From positions 930,001 to 994,000 of the forward strand of contig JAPDFW010000063.1 of NCBI GenBank assembly GCA_028826165.1: a stretch of DNA of 64,000 nt. The letters are read 5' to 3'. The position numbers and the translations under genes were made by a program. How positions within the stretch are numbered: the first letter of the stretch is position 1; every line of letters begins with the position of its first letter. Below the pieces are notes generated by a model. That model was not told the DNA's origin, did not search any database, and worked only from the letters and a program-made list of their open reading frames with translations. Origin of the DNA: Anaeramoeba ignava BMAN. Taxonomy: Eukaryota > Protista > Anaeramoebae. Below, in pieces: positions 49,104 to 61,500 of the stretch.

Positions 49104-50882
49104 ATGAATGAAATTATATTTTTTGGTTTCAATGAATTTCCAAAACTTATCGAAAATAAACCAGATAAAATAACAAAACAAATTCAATTTAAATTTGAAA
49201 ATGAAAATGAAAATGAAAATGAAAATGAAAATGAAAAACAAATTAAACAAATTTCATCAGCAGATTTTTCAACAATTTTCCTTTTTAAAAATGGAAAAGC
49301 AATAGAATATTTAAATAAAAATGATTCAAAACAAAATCCTGAAAAAATCCAAATTAAAGAAAATATTCAAAAAGTAACTGTTGGTTATTTTAATGAAGCT
49401 GTTTTAACAATAGAAGGAAATGTATTTGCCAAAGGAGAAAATATTAATCCAAATAACCCAAATGAATTTATCAATATTTCATCATTAATTGAAGATACAA
49501 ATGATAGAGTAATTCAAGATATTGTTTCTGGAGCTAGTTCAATTTACTTATTAACTTCAAATCAAAATGTTTATGGAATTGGTTCAAATGATAACGGTCA
49601 ACTTGGTTTTGATGAATTTGAAAAAACAGAAAAACCAATTTTAATGATGAAAAATATTTCTAAAATATTTTCAGGAAATTCTTCAATTCATGTTTTTCTT
49701 TTAAATTCAAATCAAGAATTATTTGGATGCGGATGGAATCGACATGGTCGACTTGGATTAGGAAAATCAAGAAAAGAAGAAACAAAAATCCATAAATTAA
49801 CCAAAATCCAAAATATTCCAAAAGGCAAAATAATCGATATTCAATGTGGTTCTTGGCATTCAATAATGTTGATTAAAAATAAAGATGAAAACCAATATCT
49901 AAAAAGAAAAATTTATTCATGTGGAGATTACCGATTTAATGGGTTTGGCAAAGATACTTATGAATTTACTGAAATCAAATCATCTTTATTTGAAAATGAT
50001 AATATTATTGAAATTTCTGTTGGAACTTTTCATACTTTGATTTTAACTTCTAAAGAGAAATTAATAGGATTTGGATATAATAATGATGGTCAATTAGGAA
50101 CTGGAGATACAAAAACGAAATTAATTCCAATTCAAATTGAACTTCCTAAATTAAGATTTAATGAAAATATTTCTAATTATCATATTTCTTGTGGATTTAA
50201 CAATTCATTTCTTTATTATTCTCCTTCTTCTTTTTCCAATCTTGAAGAAGATTTGATAAAATTATTTAAAAGAAAAGAATTTTGTAATATTTCATTTAAA
50301 ACAAAAAATGGAGAAATAATTGAAGCTCATAAATTAATATTAAAATATAGATTAAATCAAAATCAAAATCAAAATCAAAATCAAATTGAAAAACTTCAAG
50401 AAATTATTTCAAAAAAATCAATTAAAGAATCAAATCAAATATTTGAAATGATTTATTCAAATAGAATAATAATAAATCCAAAATTATATTCTGAAATTAA
50501 AGAAATTATAAATTCAAATGAAAAAATTGAAGAAACAATGAAAAGAATTTATTTAAATGAAAATGAAAAAGATTTTATTATTGAAAGAAAAGAAAAACAA
50601 TATAAATTTCCAAAATTAATATTAATAATGAGAAGTGAATTATATCGAGGAATGTTTTTATCTGTAACTGAAGATAAATCAAATAAAGTTACAGATTATA
50701 GTGAATTAAGTAATAAATCATTTCAAATATTTGAATATTGGATTTATTCAAATCAAATTAAAGATGAAATTGAAATTACAAAAGAAATAATTGAAGAATT
50801 AGAAAGAGGAATTGATTATTTTCAATTAAATCAAACAAATCCAAATTTATTTGATTTATTAATTAACAAATTTAATAATTAA
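49104..50882 (+). CDS. RCC1-repeat + tandem BTB protein, copy 5 (592 aa)
   Basis: Intact ORF with the same architecture as copy 2. Confidence 0.9.
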   Translation: MNEIIFFGFNEFPKLIENKPDKITKQIQFKFENENENENENENEKQIKQISSADFSTIFLFKNGKAIEYLNKNDSKQNPEKIQIKENIQKVTVGYFNEAVLTIEGNVFAKGENINPNNPNEFINISSLIEDTNDRVIQDIVSGASSIYLLTSNQNVYGIGSNDNGQLGFDEFEKTEKPILMMKNISKIFSGNSSIHVFLLNSNQELFGCGWNRHGRLGLGKSRKEETKIHKLTKIQNIPKGKIIDIQCGSWHSIMLIKNKDENQYLKRKIYSCGDYRFNGFGKDTYEFTEIKSSLFENDNIIEISVGTFHTLILTSKEKLIGFGYNNDGQLGTGDTKTKLIPIQIELPKLRFNENISNYHISCGFNNSFLYYSPSSFSNLEEDLIKLFKRKEFCNISFKTKNGEIIEAHKLILKYRLNQNQNQNQNQIEKLQEIISKKSIKESNQIFEMIYSNRIIINPKLYSEIKEIINSNEKIEETMKRIYLNENEKDFIIERKEKQYKFPKLILIMRSELYRGMFLSVTEDKSNKVTDYSELSNKSFQIFEYWIYSNQIKDEIEITKEIIEELERGIDYFQLNQTNPNLFDLLINKFNN

Positions 50883-51193
50883 AATTAAAATTAAAATTAA
50901 AATTAAAATTAAAATTAAAATTAAAATTAAAATTAAAATTAAAATTAAAATTAAAATCAAAATTAAAATTAAAATTAAAATTTAAATTTAAAATTAAAAT
51001 TAAAATTAAAATTAAAATTAAAAAAAATTAAAATTCCAAAAATTAAAATTAAAATTAAAATTAAAATTAAAATTAAAATTAAAATTAAAATTAAAATTAA
51101 AATTAAAATTAAAATTAAAATTAAAATTAAAATTAAAATTAAAATTAAAATTAAAATTCCAAAAATCATTTTTTCATTTTTTTCTTTTCAAAA

Positions 51194-52942
51194 ATGAATG
51201 AAATTTTATTTTTTGGAAGAAATAAAGAGCCAAAACTTATCAAAAATAAACCAGAAAAAATAACAAAACCAATTCAATTTAAATTTGAAAATGAAAATGA
51301 AAATGAAAAACAAATTAAACAAATTTCATCAGGTTATTTTGGAACAATTTTTCTTTTTAAAAATGGAAAAGCAATAGAATATTTAAATAAAGATGATTCA
51401 AAACAAAATCCTCAAAAAATCCAAATTGAAGAAAATATTCAAAAAGTAACTGTTGGTTTTCAAAATGAAGCTATTTTAACAATAGAAGGAAATGTATTTG
51501 CCAAAGGAAAAAATATTAATTCAGGAAATCCAAAAGAATTTATCGATGTTTCATCATTAATTGAAGATAAAAATGATAGAGTAATTCAAGATATTGTTTC
51601 TGGACATAATTCAATTTACTTATTAACTTCAAATCAAAATGCTTATGGAATTGGTTCTAATTATGCTTGTCAACTTGGTTTTGATTCTAAAACACTTAAA
51701 GAAACAGAAAAACCAATTTTAATGATGAAAAATGTTTCTAAAATATTTTCAGGAATTAATTCAAATTCTGTTTTTCTTTTAAATTCAAATCGAGAATTAT
51801 TTGGATGCGGATATAATTTTTATGGTCAACTTGGATTAGGAGAATCAATAAAGGAATACTACATCAAAAAATTAACCAAAATACAAAATATTCCAAAAGG
51901 TAAAATAATTGATATTCAATCCAGTGATTCGATTTCAGTAATGTTGATTGAAGAAGAATATGAAAAAAGAAAACTTTATTCAAATGGTTATTATGGATAT
52001 AATGGAATAAAAAGTAGTCACTATATAAGAGAATTTACTGAAATCAAATCATCTTTATTTGAAAATGATAATATTATTGAAATTTCTGTTGGAAGAAATC
52101 ATACTTTGATTTTAACTTCAAATTCAAAATTAATTGGATTTGGAGATAATGATTTTGGTCAATTAGGAACTAAAATCACAGAAATTCAAAGAATTCCAAT
52201 TCAAATTGAACTTCCTAAATTAAGATTTAATGAAGAAATTTCTAATTATCATATCTCTTGTGGATTTGATAAAACATTTCTTTATTATTCTCCTTCTTTT
52301 TCTAATCTTGAAGAAGATTTGATAAAACTATTTGAAAGAAAAGAATTTTGTGATATTTCATTTAAAACCAAAAATGGAGAAATAATCAAAGCTCATAAAT
52401 TAATATTAAAATATAGATTAAATCAAAATCAAAATCAAATTGAAAAACTTCAAGAAATTATTTCAAAAAAATCAATTAAAGAATCAAATCAAATATTTGA
52501 AATGATTTATTCAAATAATTCCAAAATAAATCCAAAATTATATTCTGAAATTAAAGAAATTATAAATTCAAATGAAAAAATTGAAGAAACAATGAAAAGA
52601 ATTTATTTAAATGAAAATGAAAAAGATTTTATAATTGAAAGAAAAGAAAAACAATATAAATTTCCAAAATTAATATTAATAATGAGAAGTGAATTATATC
52701 GAGGAATGTTTTTATCTGTAAAAAATGATACTTCTAATAAAGTTACAGATTATAGTGAATTAAATAATAAATCATTTCAAATATTTGAATATTGGATTTA
52801 TTCAAATCAAATTAAAGATGAAATTAAAATTACACAAGAAATCATTGAAGAATTAGAAAGAGGAATTGATTATTTTCAATTAAATCAAACAAATCCAAAT
52901 TTATTTGATTTATTAATTAAAAAATTTAATAATCAAATTTAA
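51194..52942 (+). CDS. RCC1-repeat + tandem BTB protein, copy 6 (582 aa)
   Basis: Intact ORF with the same architecture as copy 2. Confidence 0.9.
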   Translation: MNEILFFGRNKEPKLIKNKPEKITKPIQFKFENENENEKQIKQISSGYFGTIFLFKNGKAIEYLNKDDSKQNPQKIQIEENIQKVTVGFQNEAILTIEGNVFAKGKNINSGNPKEFIDVSSLIEDKNDRVIQDIVSGHNSIYLLTSNQNAYGIGSNYACQLGFDSKTLKETEKPILMMKNVSKIFSGINSNSVFLLNSNRELFGCGYNFYGQLGLGESIKEYYIKKLTKIQNIPKGKIIDIQSSDSISVMLIEEEYEKRKLYSNGYYGYNGIKSSHYIREFTEIKSSLFENDNIIEISVGRNHTLILTSNSKLIGFGDNDFGQLGTKITEIQRIPIQIELPKLRFNEEISNYHISCGFDKTFLYYSPSFSNLEEDLIKLFERKEFCDISFKTKNGEIIKAHKLILKYRLNQNQNQIEKLQEIISKKSIKESNQIFEMIYSNNSKINPKLYSEIKEIINSNEKIEETMKRIYLNENEKDFIIERKEKQYKFPKLILIMRSELYRGMFLSVKNDTSNKVTDYSELNNKSFQIFEYWIYSNQIKDEIKITQEIIEELERGIDYFQLNQTNPNLFDLLIKKFNNQI

Positions 52943-53531
52943 AATTAAAATCAAAATTAAAATTAAAATCAAAATTAAAATTAAAATTAAAATTAAAACC
53001 AAAAATTAAAATTAAAATTAAAATTAAAATTAAAATTAAAATTAAAATGAAAATTAAAATTAAATTTAAAATTAAAATCAAAATTAAAATCAAAATTAAA
53101 ATTAAAATTAAAATTTAAATTAAAATTAAAATTAAAATTAAAATAATCAAATTTAAAATTAAAATTAAAATTAAAATTAAAATTAAAATTAAATTTAAAA
53201 TTCAAATTTAAAATTAAAATCAAAATTAAAATTAAAATTAAAATTAAAATTAAAATTAAAATTAAAAATTAAAATTAAAATCAAATTCAAAATTAAAATT
53301 AAAATCAAAATTAAAATGAAAATTAAAATTAAAATTAAAATTAAAATCAAAATTAAAATTAAAATTAAAATTAAAATTAAAATTAAAATTAAAATTAAAA
53401 TTAAAATTAAATTTAAAATTCAAATTTAAAATTAAATTTAAAATTAAGATCAAAATTAAAATCAAAATTAAAATTGTTTCATTTTTCATTTGGCTTTTCT
53501 TGTTAAATTTTTGATAAAAAAAAATTTCAAA

Positions 53532-56500
53532 TTAAAACTTGATTATAATTTTGAAAACTGGAAAAACAAAAAGTGGATTGAAAATAACATGCCTTTTTGA
53601 AGAACCTTTTTGACCTAAAACAGAATGAAACTCAATTCCATCTTTTTGAGGAGGTTCTGATAAAGATAATAAAGTGTTCTTAGTTTGAAAAACAGAACCA
53701 GAAAAAACGCGACACAAAAACAAAACAAAACTTTTTTCTTCAATATTTTCTTTGTTTTCAAAAATAATTTTTTTTTCTTGTTCCACTTTTTGATCCAAAA
53801 ATGATCCAACTTCATTATTTTCATTTGATTGAAAATATAAACCTTTTCCAAAAACTCCACTAATAAAATCACAAGAAGAAAAACCAAATTTACAAATTCG
53901 ATCACAATCTTGTTCATTGTTTAGGAAAATTTTATCAAAATATAAATATTTTTCAAAATCATTTGGTGTTTTGTTTTTTCTTTGGATGCTGTTATAAATC
54001 TTGGTTTTTATGCTTGAAAATTGTGATTCTAAAATTGGATTCTTGATTTCTTGAACTGAAATAATTTGAGGAGTTTTCGAAATTGTTTGCGAGATTGAAT
54101 TAATTCCTTCATGTGGTATTTTGTTGAGGATATTAAACAATGATTGATCAATTGGGAGAAGTTTATATTTTGGTTCACGAGTAATTGGATCTTTTTATTT
54201 AAAAAAAAAGAGAAAATAAAAATTTTTTTTGGTTTTGAAAATGAAAAAAATTACCATAATCTTCGAATAAATTTTGATTTAGTAAACGATCATTTAGTAA
54301 ATCATTTGCACTTGGTCTTTTTTCTGGAGATGAATCAATTAGTTTTTCAGAAATGGAAATGAATTGTTTGTCTTCAGAAAGCTCAGAAATAAAAGAAATA
54401 GCTTTTTTCATCAAAACACCAACTGAATAAAGATCTGATTCTTTTGAAGAAATGTATTTTTCACCGTTCTTGTAAGATTTCACAAGTTCGGGAGCAATGA
54501 AATCAATGGAACGAGAGAAATCAGGTTCAGGTGCTGGAGGGGAAACAATTGCAAAGCCATTTTGATCGACAAAAATTTGGTCAAGATTGATTTGGTTGTT
54601 TATTAAGGATTGACTGTGAAGATGGTCAAGAGCAATTAAAATTTCTTGCAAAATAAGAATAAATTGAGCGCGATTAATCCCGCGTTTCAGCAACTCAGAA
54701 ACATTACCATTCGGATAATAAGGCAATTGAAGATAATAAGCATTCTCAGATTTGCTGTAAAAGTAACTTTGAATAGGAGAAATAAGTGGATGGTTGATCT
54801 TAAGAAGCAAGCGAATATACTCGAGTCTGAGGCAAATCATTTATCAATCATAATAAAAATAGGAATGAATACATAAAGAAAGATGAAAATAAAAATATAA
54901 AGGGTTATAATTAGTGGGTTTGTTAATAATATCAATAAATAATCTCCAAAATAACAGAAAATTCAATTGAAATCAAATATTAATAATTGATAATAATGTT
55001 TGCAAAATGAAAACTTACGGATATTCTGCTTTGATTAACATGCATTTTGGTGTGTTTTTGGTCTCTTTTAATTGGAAAAAATTGGTGTTGATTTTGATAT
55101 AATCTTCCTCAATAGATCTTGAAACAAAACGAAAATCAAGAGGAAATTGAGACAAGTCAGTGTTGCTAGATTTGATGTTTGAATAAAGTAGTTCAGGAAA
55201 ATTTGAGTTATATAGAAACAGTTTTTCTCGTTGAAGAGTTTCAAAGATCCTTTTCCAAGATTGATGATCACTCTTAAGTTGGTGAATAGATTTCAATGCT
55301 TTTTCATCCATCGGGTATTTATCCATGAGATCTCTTGCTGAAATTTGTGCTTGAATTAAATCTTGAGAAAGTTTTGTAATTTCTGGATATATTTTTTGTT
55401 CCTTATCAATAATTTTTTCAATTGCTTTTTTTTTTAAAAAATGAAAAGAAATTTTGAAATCAAATTCTTTTAAAAATTGTAATTTTTTATCAAGATCAGG
55501 AAGAATGTGATAGAAGAATTCTGAAGTTGTGATTCTAGATTTATAATCTGAACATTGTGAAAAAACACTTTCAAATTGCTCTGAAATTTCTGATAATTTA
55601 TATTCTTTTTGTGGATCTTGATCTGTTAAGAAAATTAAATCATTATCAATAAATTGAAAAAAATTATTGTTTTCCAAAATTTGAAGTGGTTGATTTGCTT
55701 CAATAATTGATCTTAATCCTTGCTCTAATAATGCGGATATGGATTGGCTATTCTCTGCGAAAACTTTCTCCAAGTTTTGAGCTATTTGGTTAATATTTTT
55801 GAGTGAACTAACAAAAGAAACAAATTGGTCAGAATCCGTTTGGAAATTTTCGAAATTTGTTTTAGATAAAGAATTTTCATCTTTGGGATAAAGATTGGAG
55901 ATTTCAGAAACAAGATTGGAAATTCCATTTCTTAAAATTTTGGAATCCACGGAAATTGCCTTGGCTAGCTCGTCTCTTTCTTGAATTTGTAATGAAACAT
56001 CTTGAGCATTTTCGAAATTTTGCAATTCAAAAATTTGTTGAATTTCTGTTGAAATTTGCATATGATTTTGAGTATTATTTATAAATTGTTCAAATTTATC
56101 GAGAATTGATTGACGTTCTTGAAGAACATTTTGAAGATATTCGAAATCTTTCAAGCCCAATAGTTTATCCATCAAAGCATTTATTTGCAACGAATATTGT
56201 TTGTATTTGAGTAATTCAATGAATTGTGATTTGATGAAAGAAATGTCAAGAGCTCTCGAGAAATCTCCAAGTAATTGCACTTGATTTTCGAATTCATCAT
56301 ATTTAAATATTGTTGGGGAAAGCTTCTGTTCAAGAAGTTCAAGAGTTTCATCAAATTCTTTTTGAGAAGATTGGATTGAGGAAAGTAATTCGGATGGATG
56401 AAACTCCTCGAAAAATTGCATAACAACTCCAAGAATTTGAGACCTTATTGTGCATGCTGAACTAACTAAACTCTCCATCTCTTCTGAATACTCATCGCTT

Positions 56501-58359
56501 TTAATAACATTGCTTTTCATTCCCATTTCAATAACTGATATTAAGTCCTCAAGCGCTTCGTAGTTTGAGACTGCTGTTTCCCAATCAAAACCATCGACAC
56601 TTTGCACATCCACTTCATCAACAATCGCGTTGATGATGCTTTGAAGAAACCTTGATAGATATTCTTTGAGTTCCATGCATTCCTCGAGACTAGAACTGAG
56701 CTCATTTTCAGCAAGTAAATAATTCAGGTAATTTATGATTTTGCAAAATCGAGTATTTTGATAATATAAAACTTGCAAAAATGAATGTTCTGTGCTTTGC
56801 TTCTCTTCATTTGAGATTGTTTGAATTTGTTCCTCAATCTCTTCTTGTTTTGTTCCTACTGGATCAACTCTGTTATTCATAAACATTTTAAGTAATTCAA
56901 CACGAAAATCTTGGACGTCATTGAGTTTGTAATCAAAAGGTATGTTAGGATGAGTGATATAATAAGCAAACATACAGCAGAACAATCCCGTATCTTCTGA
57001 TGTTTCTGGTTTGACAATTTTCTTGACATTTTTATAATTAAAATTTGGAGATACTTTGAAGTCAAATATTGTTTCTTTTTTTTGTTGATATTCTTTTTGA
57101 AACCATTCAAGTAGATTTTTTGCCTATTTTGTGCATATAAAATAAATGTATGTTTTGTTTTTTTATTAGCGATTCCTGCTTATATTTCTTTATTTTTAGA
57201 TATTTTTTTAATTTGTTCCACTTTTTTCTTTTTTTTTTTTTTTTGAAAAATCAAAATTTATTTACAACTTCTTTATGATTATTATGGAAAGGATCATAAA
57301 GGAACATTGTTTGTAATGGGAAATGAATGATTGCTAAAGCCCAATCTTCTGGGTTTGGATGAAATGGGATTAAGAAAATTGGAGGTTCTTTAATTGGAGA
57401 TGTCTTTTAATTTTCAAATTAATAAATGAATTTTAATTTTATAAATTAATTTTAATTTTATAAATGAATTTTAATTTTATAAATGAATTTTAATTTTGAT
57501 TTGAATTTTGATTTTCAAATTAATTTTAATTTTATAAATGAATTTTAATTTTATAAATGAATTTTAATTTTGATTTGAATTTTGATTTTCAAATGAATTT
57601 TAATTTTATAAATGAATTTTGATTTTATAAATGAATTTTTATTTTATAAATGAATTTTAATTTTATAAATGAATTTTAATTTTATAAATGAATATTAATT
57701 TTATAAATGAATTTTAATTTTATAAATGAATTTTAATTTTATAAATGAATTTTAATTTTGATTTGAATTTTGATTTTCAAATTAATTTGAATTTTATAAA
57801 TGAATATTAATTTTATAAATGAATTTTAATTTTATAAATGAATTTTAATTTTATAAATGAATTTTAATTTTATAAATGAATATTAATTTTATAAATGAAT
57901 TTTAATTTTATAAATGAATTTTATTTATAAATGAATTTTGATTTTATAAATTAATTTTAATTTTATAAATGAATTTTAATTATAAATGAATTTTAAATGA
58001 ATTTTTTGATTGTTTACACAATAAACACGAGCTTTAACTTCATCATAACCTTGAGTTGATAAATCTTCATAAAAAAAACAATCCATAGAAATAATAGGAG
58101 GATAATTTTCACGTTGAGATCTTTGAGATAACAAATAAAAAAAAGGTTCAATAATCAAATCTGACATATTTTTTCCATTTAGAAAATTTTTCAAAATTTC
58201 ACTTTCCATCACAAAATCTCCAATTTGAATAACAATTTGATTCTCTTCTTCAGAAATTTCTTTTAGAAATTTGTTAAACTCTTGATTTGTAAGATTTCTA
58301 TCCAATGGAATTTGATTTTTAACTCTCCAAGGATGATTTTCTGATAAATTTTCATTCAT
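53532..58359 (-). CDS. Fusion protein: ULP1/SENP (C48)-like domain, long helical region, protein-kinase-like domain, PARP-catalytic-like domain; 5 exons
   Basis: Exons 58359-58018, 57403-57266, 57123-55019, 54826-54256 and 54190-53532 splice in phase. C48-like: MSDLIIEPFFYLL, CFFYEDL, LIPFH..W.LAII..YDP, D.GLF. Kinase-like: NHPLI, FIAPEL, SDLYSVGV, PEKRPSA. PARP-like: VQEIKNP, ICKFGF, FGKGLYF, LCRVFSG, VIFN...P. Confidence 0.75.
57420..57995. repeat. 19-bp tandem repeat (AATTTTATAAATGAATTTT)n in intron
   Basis: Seen directly. Confidence 0.85.
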
Positions 58360-58584
58360 TTTTGTTGTTTTTTTTTTAATAAAAGAAAAGAAAAAAATTT
58401 TTTTTTTAATTGTTTTTCTTTTTAAAAATAAAAAGAAAAAAAATGAAAAAATTTTTTTTGCTTTTTTTTTTTTTCAATTAAAATTTTAATCATTTTTTTG
58501 AAATTTAAAAATAAAAGAATAACAATTTTTAAACTTTAATTTGTTCCACAAAAAAAAAAATTTTTTTTTTCTTTTTATTTTCTT

Positions 58585-61500
58585 TTATTTTTTTCGAGGT
58601 TTTTTTAGATCATCTTCTAATTTTTTAGAAGTACTATTTAAATTATCTGAACTAACAAAAGTGTTTTGGAAACTTCTGAAAGAACCAATGTTTATTTGTA
58701 AATCATTTTTATCTTTTCTTTTTTTTCGACCTGAAATTTCAGAAAAACCAATTCCTTTTTTATTTCCTTTTCTTCTTGCTGAATGAAATATTTTTTGGAA
58801 ATTCAAATGGTTTTTTTCTGTTTCATTTTTTTCATTTTCAAGATGTAAATCTTCCTTTTCTTTCCAAGAATCCAAAACTTCTTTGATTTTCCCAGTTTGT
58901 TTTGGTTTTTTTTTATGAGAAAGTAATTTTTGGATTGAATTTTTTCGAAAATTTTTATTTTGCATTGCAATTTCAAGTAATTTTTCAGGAACTTCTTGAT
59001 CTGCAAGTTTAAGACTATGAAATAAAACAGCAGCAAAGTTTGATTCGGATTCCATTATTAAATTATAAGCAACTCCTTTATCACCTTTTTGAATTATTAA
59101 AAAAGAAAAAAGTGGAACAAAAAAGTGGAACAAAAAAAGATAAAATGAATTCACTTTATTTCAAGTATATAATAATTTATACCTGCACGTCCAGTTCTAC
59201 CGACCCTATTAACATGTGTATTTACATCACGAGCTACTTCAAAATTTACAACAGTTTTGATTGACCGAATGTCAACTCCTCTTGAGAAAATATCAGTTGC
59301 AACAAGAATGCTGATATTTCCCTTTTGAAATCCTTTGACCATTATGTTTCTATCGTAAGGAGAAAGATCTCCATGAAGTGCTCCACATCTAAATCCATGA
59401 TCATTTATTTCTATTGCTAATTGTTCGGATAATTCTTTTGAAGTTACAAATATTAGGACTGTTCCTGAATCCAAAAAATTTGGGAGATTTTCAAATAACC
59501 AAGATTTCTGTATAAATTTTTTTTTTTTTTTTGAATTTAAATTTAAAATTTGATTTTAAATTTGAATTTGATTTTGATTTTGATTTTGATTTTGAATTTG
59601 ATTTTAAATTTAATTTTAAATTTGATTTAAAATTTGAATTTGATTTTAAATTTAAATTTGATTTTGAATTTGATTTTAAATTTGATTTTAAATTTAAATT
59701 TGATTTTGATTTTGAATTTTGAATTTGAATTTAATTTTGATTTTGATTTTGAATTTGAATTTGAATTTGAATTTGATTTTGATTTTGATTTTAATTTTAA
59801 TTTTGATTTAAAATTTGAATTTGATTTAAAATTTAATTTAAAATTTGAATTTGATTTTAAATTTAATTTTGAATTTGATTTTGATTTTAATTTTGAATTT
59901 AATTTTGATTTTGAATTTGAATTTGATTTTGAATTTAATTTTAAATTTGATTTAAAATTTGATTTTGATTTTAAATTTAAATTTGATTTTGATTTTGAAT
60001 TTGAATTTGGATTTTAATTTGATTTTGAATTTGAATTTAATTTTGAATTTGATTTTGATTTTGATTTTGAATTTAATTTAAAATTTAAATTAAAATTTGA
60101 TTTTGAATTTGATTTTGATTTTAAATTTGAATTTGATTTTGATTTTGATTTTGATTTTGGTTTTGATTTTGATTTTGATTTTGAATTTGATTTTGAATTT
60201 GATTTTGATTTTGATTTTGAATTTGAATTTGAATTTGAATTTGATTTAAAATTTGATTTTGATTTTGATTTTGAATTTGATTTTGATTTTGAATTTGAAT
60301 TTGATTTTGATTTTGATTTTAAATTTGATTTTGAATTTGATTTAGATTTTGAATTTGATTTTGAATTTGATTTAAAATTTGATTTTAATTTTGAATTTGA
60401 ATTTGATTTTAAATTTGATTTTGAATTTGATTTTAATTTTGATTTAAAATTTGGATTTTGAATTTGATTTTAATTTTGAATTTAAATTTGATTTTGAATT
60501 TGAATTTGAATTTGATTTTAATTTTGATTTTGATTTTAAAATTTGATTTTAAATTTTGATTTTGAATTTGAATTTAAATTTGATTTTAAATTTGGATTTT
60601 GAATTTGAATTTTAAATTGAATTTGATATTCAATTTAATTTTTATAAGATAAATTGAAAATTTATCAAAATGTACTTTTTCCTCAATATTTTTGAAAATA
60701 AGAGTATTTTGAACAACATTTTGAGTAGCAACACCAACTTTTCCAATAGTAATTCTAACATAATCTGCTAATTGGTCTCTAACAAGATTTTCTATTGCTC
60801 TTTTTGTTGTTGCACAAAAAAGGAGAATTTGACGATCAGGTCGAATTGCTTGAACAATAGACATAACTTGAGATTCAAAACCAAAATCAAACATTTTATC
60901 AGCTTCATCAAGAACAAGATAAGTACATCGAAGTAAATTTGTTCCTTTCAATCTAATTTGATCAATTAATCTTCCTGGAGTTGCAACAATTATTTCACAT
61001 CCTTTTTTTAATTCTTTTGTTTGTTCGTATTTTTTTATTCCTCCTGTGATTTCTTTCACTATTAAATTATGTGGTTTTGCTAATTGTGTTGTAACAAGAT
61101 AGACTTGATGTGCTAATTCTCTTGTTGGAACAAGAATAACAGAAATTGGTCCTTTTTGATTTGATTTTGATTTTAATTTTAATTTTAATTTTATAAATGA
61201 ATTTTAATTTTAGTTTTAATTTTAATTTTAATTTTAATTTTAATTATTTGATTTGATTTGATTTTGATTTTGATTTGATTTGATTTTAATTTTGATTTTA
61301 ATTTGGATTTGAATTTGATTTTAATTTTGATTTTAATTTTAATTTAAATTTTAATTTTGATTTTAATTTTAATTTTGATTTTTATTTAAATTTTGATTTT
61401 TATTTTAATTTTAATTTTAATTTTAATTTTAATTTTATAAATGAATTTTGATTTTAATTTTAATTTTGATTTTAATTTTGATTTTGATTTTGATTTTGAT

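Noticed and set aside
37527-52942. Diversity-generating retroelement behind the RCC1 variability
   Set aside because: There is no reverse transcriptase or template repeat in the window, and changes are not confined to adenines.
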